From contig JBFRWN010000103.1 in the NCBI GenBank assembly GCA_051439605.1, positions 1-38,977 of the forward strand: DNA of 38,977 nt, in the 5' to 3' direction. Position 1 is the first letter of the stretch. Each line of letters opens with the position of its first letter. Below are positions 9,308 to 16,738 of this stretch, piece by piece. The notes below the pieces were generated by a model. The model was not told the DNA's origin. It was given only the letters and a program-made list of their open reading frames with translations, and ran no database searches. The position numbers and the translations under genes are program-made. The DNA comes from Synechococcus sp. (GTDB taxonomy: Bacteria > Cyanobacteriota > Cyanobacteriia > Thermostichales > PCC-7336).

Positions 9308-11353
9308 TCAATTGACAGGTGTAGGTGCGCTGAGACCAGTTTGAGAGCGCCAATGACTCATTCGCGCCATCCCAAGATTTCCGGGACATGACCTTGATGT
9401 ATTGTACTCTTTATGACCGCCTAAAAAACTAATATTTGGGAATCGACCGATGAGATAATGAATTAGTTGAAGCAGTGAAGCTTCCATATCATTTGTTATT
9501 TCGTCGTCGGCATCGTACCACTGCTCATCTAAGTCTGCTAATAAAACGATACCTATTTTCCCGGTATTTCCTGCCGCGATATGTGCGCCTTTGACACTGA
9601 TATCGCGTCCTTCAGAAATACCTCCCCATCGGTCAATACCAAAATGGTATCCAATGTCTGCCATATCTCTATCATCTATGTGAAAGTCCTGAACTTCATC
9701 AATCGTTCTATAACCTTCATTGCCAGCATGATGTATCGCGATGCTATCGTATATGTCTTCTAAATTCCCCGTGTAGGGTTCATAGGAGCGATCGGGATCG
9801 TTAACTATGGGGGGTCGGGCTCCCCAAATCTCTCTATCGATAATGGTGGTGGATAGATCATACCGATTCCGCCAAATGCTACGCAGCCGACTGTATTTAA
9901 TTCCTACGAACATTCCCACTTGTAATTCCGTGCTAACAGTAAACGGCTCTCCTCTCTCCTCTTCATCCCACACAGCCCAGATATCAGTAGCCAAAGACTC
10001 ATCTCCATACAAATCGGCTGCAATCAAGCGTGGCGTTACTCCGGTTGCAATAATGTAGACGCGTTCGGGTGTTTGTTCATCCCAACGAATTTTCCCTTGA
10101 CTAATCAAATCTGGGGGTGGGGTGGGGGCTGGAGCTGTCTCCACACTTGGGGCAGGTGCAGGTTCTGCGCTAGGTTCCGTTGCGGGCGCCGGGATATCCT
10201 CATCATGCCAGATGCGAACCTGACTCATACTGGGCGTGTCAGTTGCATCGTAGAAACCAGAAACATGTATTTCTACTCGTTCCCCTTCATTAAGGTCTCG
10301 CAAATGTCGTCTACTATGACGCCGATGGAAGCGACGTGTTGGGGTGTGAAAGGGTTGCCACATACTAGCGCGCGGAATACCAGCGAAATCACTACTCCTT
10401 GCTGTGGCCGCGACAATACGCCGATATAGTTCTGCGTAGTCGTCAGACCAAGCCACGTGTATGACACCTTCGTAATGGGTAGCACCATCCCTTTGTATAT
10501 TCTCGGAAACTTTTGCGCCTTGCTGGCTTTGCTGCACTACGTGAGTGGCCTCATGAGCCAGCAAATGGATGTCATTAGCGTTTTCCCTTGAGCCTAGAAA
10601 TATATCCTGACCATGTGTAAATGCCCTAGCTCCAAGTTGTTTTGCCGCCTCTTGGGCACTTGCACTTCTATGAAGTCTGACTGAAGAAAGATTTGTATTG
10701 AGCAATGGCTCAATATGTCGCCGTATAACTGGGGGCAAAGGTTCTCCCGCATTGGGATTGGCAACCTGATTAGCAACTTCGACTGTCACTGGAGGCGTTA
10801 GCTGCGTCTCTCTACTACCAATCGCTTGGATAACAGGCATTTGGATCGCCGCAGAGCTCCTATCATGCCGCCTGAAAATAGGCGTTATGTTGGGAGGATA
10901 GGATTCAAAATTTGCTTGTACTGCAGATGCAGTTGGAGAGTGTAATTGGCTGACAACTCGATCTGCAACGCGGTCGGCTTCCTGTTCGTATCGATCGCCA
11001 GGTTGCCCCACAGTGAGTTTAGTTTGCAACATTGGCTTCTCCTGTTGCTCCCTCTCACATTCGACACACATCCGCTGAATAGGTGTATCTGCTAAAGCAT
11101 TGGTTTGGACAACTTCTTCTTCCTCATCTGGTAGAGTTTGCTGCTGTAAGGTGTTATCTAAAGACTTTGTCTGGACTGGAAGCTCTGCTTCTTTTTCTTC
11201 GGGTAACTGAGAAGTTTCCGCCATACGCTGCACAACATCGGAGCGCTCGTTAGAGAAAAAGGGTTTTGAATTTCTATGTATCGACGCTTTAGAGAAAAAC
11301 TGTCGGTTTCTGGTGGGATTAGAAAATCTGTGGTGCGGACGGGTAAGTATCAT
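9308..11353 (-). CDS. DUF4157 cargo with LysM-like domain and C-terminal N-acetylmuramoyl-L-alanine amidase (Amidase_2/PGRP/T7-lysozyme type)
   Basis: DUF4157 ARAFTHGQDIF...LLAHEATHVVQQ; amidase motifs REIWGA, IAIHHAG, DIGYHFGID, EGR, GAH, GHKE, SCPG. Confidence 0.9.
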   Translation of the reverse strand: MILTRPHHRFSNPTRNRQFFSKASIHRNSKPFFSNERSDVVQRMAETSQLPEEKEAELPVQTKSLDNTLQQQTLPDEEEEVVQTNALADTPIQRMCVECEREQQEKPMLQTKLTVGQPGDRYEQEADRVADRVVSQLHSPTASAVQANFESYPPNITPIFRRHDRSSAAIQMPVIQAIGSRETQLTPPVTVEVANQVANPNAGEPLPPVIRRHIEPLLNTNLSSVRLHRSASAQEAAKQLGARAFTHGQDIFLGSRENANDIHLLAHEATHVVQQSQQGAKVSENIQRDGATHYEGVIHVAWSDDYAELYRRIVAATARSSDFAGIPRASMWQPFHTPTRRFHRRHSRRHLRDLNEGERVEIHVSGFYDATDTPSMSQVRIWHDEDIPAPATEPSAEPAPAPSVETAPAPTPPPDLISQGKIRWDEQTPERVYIIATGVTPRLIAADLYGDESLATDIWAVWDEEERGEPFTVSTELQVGMFVGIKYSRLRSIWRNRYDLSTTIIDREIWGARPPIVNDPDRSYEPYTGNLEDIYDSIAIHHAGNEGYRTIDEVQDFHIDDRDMADIGYHFGIDRWGGISEGRDISVKGAHIAAGNTGKIGIVLLADLDEQWYDADDEITNDMEASLLQLIHYLIGRFPNISFLGGHKEYNTSRSCPGNLGMARMSHWRSQTGLSAPTPVN

Positions 11354-11482
11354 AATTACCTCAAATTAACCGCCGTGCTTGTAGCGTAGCATGCCTAAAT
11401 AGTAGGACTGTTGAAATGCTAAAAAGCTTAAACTACTGAAAATGAGTGTTGTTTTTTTAAAAAGAATCCCTTTAATACAAAG

Positions 11483-12334
11483 CTAAAACAACCTTTGCAG
11501 ACTTGGAAACTTGGAGGCTAATTTGACTAAATCAACTGAGAGCATAGATTGAAAACCTGGCCCAGTTTTTATGGGGGGCAATCCGGGCACGTTCTGCATC
11601 AGTGTGGATGGCAACCCGAGATGACCGGGAACGGGAAGTACCTCGGGATATGGGCTGAGCTCGGTAAAGCTCTTACCTTCTGCTTTCAGACCGCCGCCGA
11701 GGAATTCCAAGCCAAACTTACCTCCCGTTAAAGACAAGCTTTGCCCGGGAGTATACGCTGTATCCAATCCGAAGGTTGCACCCGTGAGCGGTACTTGTGG
11801 ATAGCGATCGCGGAGCAACTCTAGGTAAGGATTAAATGTAAACTCTCCAGAAAAACCATATTCCGATTTTCCGGGCCTCGGCAGTTTGTATTTAAATCCT
11901 TCAATAGGAGAATATGGTAGCCAACCCAGAGGTTGCCCAATATTGACATCGGACAGTAACTCGCGTGCCTCTGGATTGAGTGCGAAAACTAATCCCGCCA
12001 GGCCTAGGTTGACGCCCCCAAAAGTAATTAGAGCTGCTTTTTCATGGCTCGGTCGCTTTTCCCACAGGCGTTGTTTCAAGAAATCCAATTTCGGTTCGTA
12101 CCAGGCTTTAAATTTTGGTACTTTCAAGAGTTGTTTCCCAGTTGTTTTTAAGCCTTCAACCAGGGGATCTTTTTCTTTTGGCTTTTCGGCTTCAGATTTT
12201 TCGGGTTCTGCGGGTTCCTGTCGCTGAACCATAGGCGATCCGATAGTCAAGGACTGAATAGCGGGAACGGGATCTGCTCGGAAGAATGGCTGACGCCCGC
12301 CAGTTGGGTCGTAACTGTGCGCTGGGCGAAACAT
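11483..12334 (-). CDS. hypothetical protein, putative CIS cargo with a short PFF/VQR leader
   Basis: N-terminus QPFFRAD...IQSLTIGSPMVQRQEPAE resembles the leaders of the neighbouring DUF4157 proteins; one hydrophobic segment AALITFGGVNLGLAGLVFAL; Gly-rich, beta-strand-like C-terminus. Confidence 0.65.
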   Translation of the reverse strand: MFRPAHSYDPTGGRQPFFRADPVPAIQSLTIGSPMVQRQEPAEPEKSEAEKPKEKDPLVEGLKTTGKQLLKVPKFKAWYEPKLDFLKQRLWEKRPSHEKAALITFGGVNLGLAGLVFALNPEARELLSDVNIGQPLGWLPYSPIEGFKYKLPRPGKSEYGFSGEFTFNPYLELLRDRYPQVPLTGATFGLDTAYTPGQSLSLTGGKFGLEFLGGGLKAEGKSFTELSPYPEVLPVPGHLGLPSTLMQNVPGLPPIKTGPGFQSMLSVDLVKLASKFPSLQRLF

Positions 12335-12533
12335 CGGCTGTGCGGCCGAGTACTGAATGAATTCCGTTTGGTTTTCCGGGTTTTCACGAGAACCTCCTCT
12401 GCTATCGGAAGGTTGAGGGAGGAGAAAAAGCTGAAAGAAAATTCTGCCATCTTGCTTCCAGCTTTTTCTTCAGTGCAGCGAATACAGGATGATACTGGCA
12501 TCCTTGATTATCCAATACAAATTTGGAAAAGCG

Positions 12534-14927
12534 CTAAGACTCAATACCGCTTACTGAATCCGAAGTACGACGCTTCCAAAACCAGAGGAGTAAAAGCAGC
12601 AGCAAGACAATTACAATAATCAAGATAACGAGCCATAAGGGAAACTTCTTAGTGGGACCAAATTGTTCGGCGGAACCCTGATAAATCTCTTCATCCAAGA
12701 ATTTGAATGAAATTGCTGTATTGGGCTCTTTTCTATCTAAGAGAAGGGTATAGCTGCCGTCTTGATGATCTCGAACACTAACAACATCAAGACCGTCAAC
12801 ACTCATGGCTGAAGCTTGTCCCGGTCCGATTAAACGACCGTCGATCGTCATCGGTCGCCAGTACACCAAGATGTTATTTCCATCAACAACTGTTGTTACT
12901 GAAGAGGAATCTAAGTCGATCGCTCCGGGGCGGACAAAGAGACTTTGTATAGCTTCCCGTTGGATTTTGCCTAGATTTGGGTCATCTGCAGTGATGCGAT
13001 AGAGAATTTGGTAAACATCTGAAATGTCGCCAGGATTATAAGCGGCACTGTAAATTCCATCTCCTTGATAGTCGAGGGTGAGTGTTTGTTGGTTTGGTTG
13101 GAGTCGATCGACAAAGTCAGGATTGTTAAGCAGTAGAGACCAATATTTTTCACCTCCAGCTGAATATGCGTCTTGAACACAGGTAAGACAAGAATCGACT
13201 CTGCCTGGAGTTTTAGCTAACAAATCTCCCAAATCATCCCCTGGCTTTAAGATTAATGCTTCGACGTTGGCATTAGAGATAGGCTGACCGAATACACTTA
13301 GCTTCACAGTTGGAGAGAAGGATTGATTAGTTTGTGGAGCATCAGGTGCGACAGACCACCTCATATCGAGAATACTATCGTCTGCGATACTCGCCAGACG
13401 GAAAGGAAGAGGACTTGTACTATTGGTGGGTTGACTGAGTTGAACCTCGTAGCTTCCCTCAGAAGGAAGAGGGGGTAAACTAGATTGGCCTGAAGGAGAG
13501 GATTGGAAGCGACTTTGTAACCAGATCGTTTGGGCAGTATCACCGACGATCTTCGGCTCAAAATAATTGGTAACAGGTTCCCCATCCTTAAGCACGTTAA
13601 TGTTTGCCAACAATTCCTCTAAGTCAGAACGAGGAAGCTCTCGTTCAAAGGTCAGTTTAAGAATTAGCTGGCGGACATTTTGATTTAAGTTGAAGGGAGT
13701 TAAAGTGATTTCCCCGCCAAGAACATCCTGGTATTGTGCAACAATTTGGGGACTACTGCCTGATAAAGCTGCAACTAACGCTCCATCTAAAGCAGAACTA
13801 ATGTCTCCTGTGGTTGTCAAAATGACTGAATTACCGCCGTTTTGGCTAGCCAGGTTTTGTAAGATTGTGAAATAATCGCTGCTGGGTTGGATAATACCGA
13901 CAGAAATAATTTCAATATCCGATAAATCTGGACAAGTAGCATTAATTGCTGTTGGGGGTGTGGTATCGTAGTTCACTCCATCTAGCTGTACATGAGATGG
14001 ATCGCCTTCCGGCTCTTGTTTGCCGTCTGTGAACAAGACAAGGATCCTGGGGCGGTTACAGTCATCTAGCTTCTCTTCTGCATCTTTCAAACCAAGTCCC
14101 ATTCTTGTATAGCCTGAAGGGCCACCGGCCTCTTCTAGCATTTCAGTAACGGTACTCTCTAAATCATCATCAACGGGCAGCAGGTCAGATGAAAATTCGA
14201 CTCCACCGTCAAAAATAGTCAGACCAAATCGGCTGCCGTCTGGTGGAGAGGTATCATCGACCATATTTGCTAGTACCGCACTGTCTAGGACAGCATTTGT
14301 CAAAGCTTGCCAACGGGTAATTTTATCTGGATCGGGAACCGTTGGATCGGCATAATTACTCATGCTTCCAGAGCGATCGAGCACGAAGCCCAAATCAAAG
14401 GGGACTTCAATATCTACAGCAAAGGTGCGTGTAGCCACCTCAGCAGCCCCCCCCTCTTCTGCAACCGTCAGACCAAAGGTGAAGGAAGTGGAAGCAGTTG
14501 GTTCCCCAGGTACTCTAGTTGGTGTCCCAAATACTCTAACTGGTAACCCCGCTGAAACTGGAGAATCGGGTGCCCCCATTGGAAGCTCGACAGTTACACC
14601 ATTACAGGTAGCAGAATTGGTAGGAGTGGACGGTGTACAAACGACGTCACCTCCGCTTGAAGGGGATGGATTAAATTCCCAGAACACTTCTCCAGGTGCA
14701 TTTTGGACATTAATGTGTTCGTCTTCTTCCACAATCGGCGTATCGACCACGACCTTAATCGTGTGAACGATCGTGTTGGGGGGGGGATCTGGTGTTGTTA
14801 TGTCAATTGCATAGGGATCGGCAATGGCCGTATTGCCTGTAAATACGAGAAATACAGTGGCCAGCCAAAGGCAATGCCAGATCGAATGGCTGGCCCTTGT
14901 TAAGTGAGTTCGTATTGAGACTTTCAT
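12534..14927 (-). CDS. secreted, membrane-anchored VWA-domain protein (signal peptide, Ig-like domain, VWA, C-terminal TM helix)
   Basis: ATG at 14927 gives signal peptide MKVSIR...LWLATVFLVFTGNTAIA/DP; MIDAS DRSGS plus T and FTDG; C-terminal PLWLVILIIVIVLLLLLLLWFWKRR stop-transfer. The ORF-track start at 15146 overlaps the tape measure gene. Confidence 0.85.
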   Translation of the reverse strand: MKVSIRTHLTRASHSIWHCLWLATVFLVFTGNTAIADPYAIDITTPDPPPNTIVHTIKVVVDTPIVEEDEHINVQNAPGEVFWEFNPSPSSGGDVVCTPSTPTNSATCNGVTVELPMGAPDSPVSAGLPVRVFGTPTRVPGEPTASTSFTFGLTVAEEGGAAEVATRTFAVDIEVPFDLGFVLDRSGSMSNYADPTVPDPDKITRWQALTNAVLDSAVLANMVDDTSPPDGSRFGLTIFDGGVEFSSDLLPVDDDLESTVTEMLEEAGGPSGYTRMGLGLKDAEEKLDDCNRPRILVLFTDGKQEPEGDPSHVQLDGVNYDTTPPTAINATCPDLSDIEIISVGIIQPSSDYFTILQNLASQNGGNSVILTTTGDISSALDGALVAALSGSSPQIVAQYQDVLGGEITLTPFNLNQNVRQLILKLTFERELPRSDLEELLANINVLKDGEPVTNYFEPKIVGDTAQTIWLQSRFQSSPSGQSSLPPLPSEGSYEVQLSQPTNSTSPLPFRLASIADDSILDMRWSVAPDAPQTNQSFSPTVKLSVFGQPISNANVEALILKPGDDLGDLLAKTPGRVDSCLTCVQDAYSAGGEKYWSLLLNNPDFVDRLQPNQQTLTLDYQGDGIYSAAYNPGDISDVYQILYRITADDPNLGKIQREAIQSLFVRPGAIDLDSSSVTTVVDGNNILVYWRPMTIDGRLIGPGQASAMSVDGLDVVSVRDHQDGSYTLLLDRKEPNTAISFKFLDEEIYQGSAEQFGPTKKFPLWLVILIIVIVLLLLLLLWFWKRRTSDSVSGIES

Positions 14928-14968
14928 GGTTGTAGGCTCATTCAGCTTGAAAATAAGTTTTTGCTTGC

Positions 14969-16738
14969 TTAAGATGTCCAGCTGACATGCAAAAAATCCG
15001 ACATCCAGGGCAGGCGAATCACTCCGATGCTCCATGGCAGCTTGTCGAGCAACACATCCTGGGCGCGGCGCTCGATCTCCAGCTTCCAGCCGAAATCCAC
15101 TCGGGTTAGCTTGCCATCGCGCCAGAAAAACTGTTGGCGTAACCAATCTGCCGAGCTACTGCGGAGAGCGCTCCAGTGTTTCAGCACTGCACCGAGTAAT
15201 TCTGCGGCAGCTTTGCATTCAGACTCGTCCAGTTCGTACGGGGGGAGAGGTTCCTCCCAAAGCCAACTGCAAAGAAGCTTGGGTAGCAAGAGATCGTATT
15301 CCAAAACATCGAGATCTCCGTAAGTTAGATAGGTCGTAAGGGCAACAGCACTCCGCTGGGCTTGCTGATCGCGGAACTGGAGATTGCTCAACAAGTCGAG
15401 GCTGCCAAACAGTTCTTGCAAGAATGGATGCACAATGACGGCACCCGCACCCTCTATATAGAGGGATTCGATTAAATCTTCGTCCAGAGAGACAGTTGCC
15501 TTGAAGGGAAGCACTGCATTCATTTGCACCAGTGCTTCTCTAGATTCCAGCAAATTCTTTCCAGGCTCTGTTGAACTCCTGTCAGATGAACGCAGATCGA
15601 CGACTAACGGTTCACTGGGTGTATCTATCGCACGTTGTCGAACCCAACCCTCTTTGTGTGTGGATGAATGAGGGCTTCCATCATCCTGTGTGGTTGACTT
15701 TGCTGGAGTAGCTGGTTGCTGTATGGGGGGATCGTCGCTGTCGCGATCGCAGGCTTCATAACTCGTCCCATCGATGGGTGCCTCTAGCTCTGGGGGAACA
15801 ACCGTTGTTTGCGAGTGCTGAAGTGGATTGATATATTGTGGAACGCTCTCCAGCCAGCTTTGCCAAGGTTGGGGCAGCTGCAACGATCGACCGGATCCAT
15901 CCACACAACCATTGGCAGGATGGCAAGCACCCGTTTCTGGGGCATTAATACCAGCGGCGTTGATCGACTTTTGTCGCTCTGCAAGCAGCCGTCTCACGAG
16001 CTTTGGTCCCCCTTGCCAGGTAGCCGTTAATTGAGCGGTTGAGCCAGCGAACGAGATCGCACTCGCTGGGATGGTTGACTCCAGCACGATGACCCAAAAC
16101 TGCTCGCGCCATAGCGATTGCGATTGTCGGCTCAGTCCCTCCGGCATCAACAACATCCGAACGCGGGCCGATGACGCCAGTTCGCAGAGTCTTTGGGGAA
16201 TGGTTTGCAAAAACTCATCGCTGACCGTGTAGATCGACCGTCGCAGGGCTCTGCTGTCTTGACGGAGGAGAGATGCGAGAGACCGATATTGGGCTCGAGT
16301 CATCGTGGATGGCAACGTCTCTAAAGATTCGCGAGAAGGCTTGCGACTCTCCCAGGGCAAACGGCCGTACTGGCAAAAGAATAAAAATTGCTGAAACAGA
16401 CCGTCGCGGGTGCTCCCTCGGGACGATGAGTGTTGCGATGTTAAATCCTGCGTTTCTAAAGCCTGTGTCAGCTTTTCTTCTAACTGTTCTGCCAAGCGAC
16501 GGCTGAATTGCTCCGGCCAATCGCTGCCGCGCAGCTCGCCCAAGTCTATCTCAACCCGTTCTAACCGAATCAGCTCGTCTGGGCCTACTAGGCGATCGAA
16601 CAGGGTCTCCATAACCCTCTGTCCCCGATCCCGAAACACTTGGGCGACAGCACTTTGGAGTTCAATTGCTCCTTCAGTCCGGTTCAGCTCCAGCGCTAAG
16701 ACCTGACGGAGAATCTGGTGGGTGTTGTCAGGTGCCAT
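14969..16738 (-). CDS. contractile injection system tape measure protein (Afp14-like)
   Basis: N-terminal HQILRQ...IRLERVEIDLG and FCQYGRLPW; C-terminal YIEGAGAVIVHPFL...LLPKLLC...VLKHWSAL...RDGKL...DVLLDKLPWSIGVIRLPWM. Confidence 0.9.
   Translation of the reverse strand: MAPDNTHQILRQVLALELNRTEGAIELQSAVAQVFRDRGQRVMETLFDRLVGPDELIRLERVEIDLGELRGSDWPEQFSRRLAEQLEEKLTQALETQDLTSQHSSSRGSTRDGLFQQFLFFCQYGRLPWESRKPSRESLETLPSTMTRAQYRSLASLLRQDSRALRRSIYTVSDEFLQTIPQRLCELASSARVRMLLMPEGLSRQSQSLWREQFWVIVLESTIPASAISFAGSTAQLTATWQGGPKLVRRLLAERQKSINAAGINAPETGACHPANGCVDGSGRSLQLPQPWQSWLESVPQYINPLQHSQTTVVPPELEAPIDGTSYEACDRDSDDPPIQQPATPAKSTTQDDGSPHSSTHKEGWVRQRAIDTPSEPLVVDLRSSDRSSTEPGKNLLESREALVQMNAVLPFKATVSLDEDLIESLYIEGAGAVIVHPFLQELFGSLDLLSNLQFRDQQAQRSAVALTTYLTYGDLDVLEYDLLLPKLLCSWLWEEPLPPYELDESECKAAAELLGAVLKHWSALRSSSADWLRQQFFWRDGKLTRVDFGWKLEIERRAQDVLLDKLPWSIGVIRLPWMSDFLHVSWTS

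Noticed and set aside
12247..12501. 84-aa ORF as a frameshifted 5' part of the 283-aa gene
   Set aside because: The 283-aa gene has its own ATG and a cargo-like N-terminus; no slippery site or domain continuity was seen.
14928..15146. N-terminal extension of the VWA protein in the ORF track
   Set aside because: Overlaps the conserved tape measure C-terminus; the ATG at 14927 gives a proper signal peptide.
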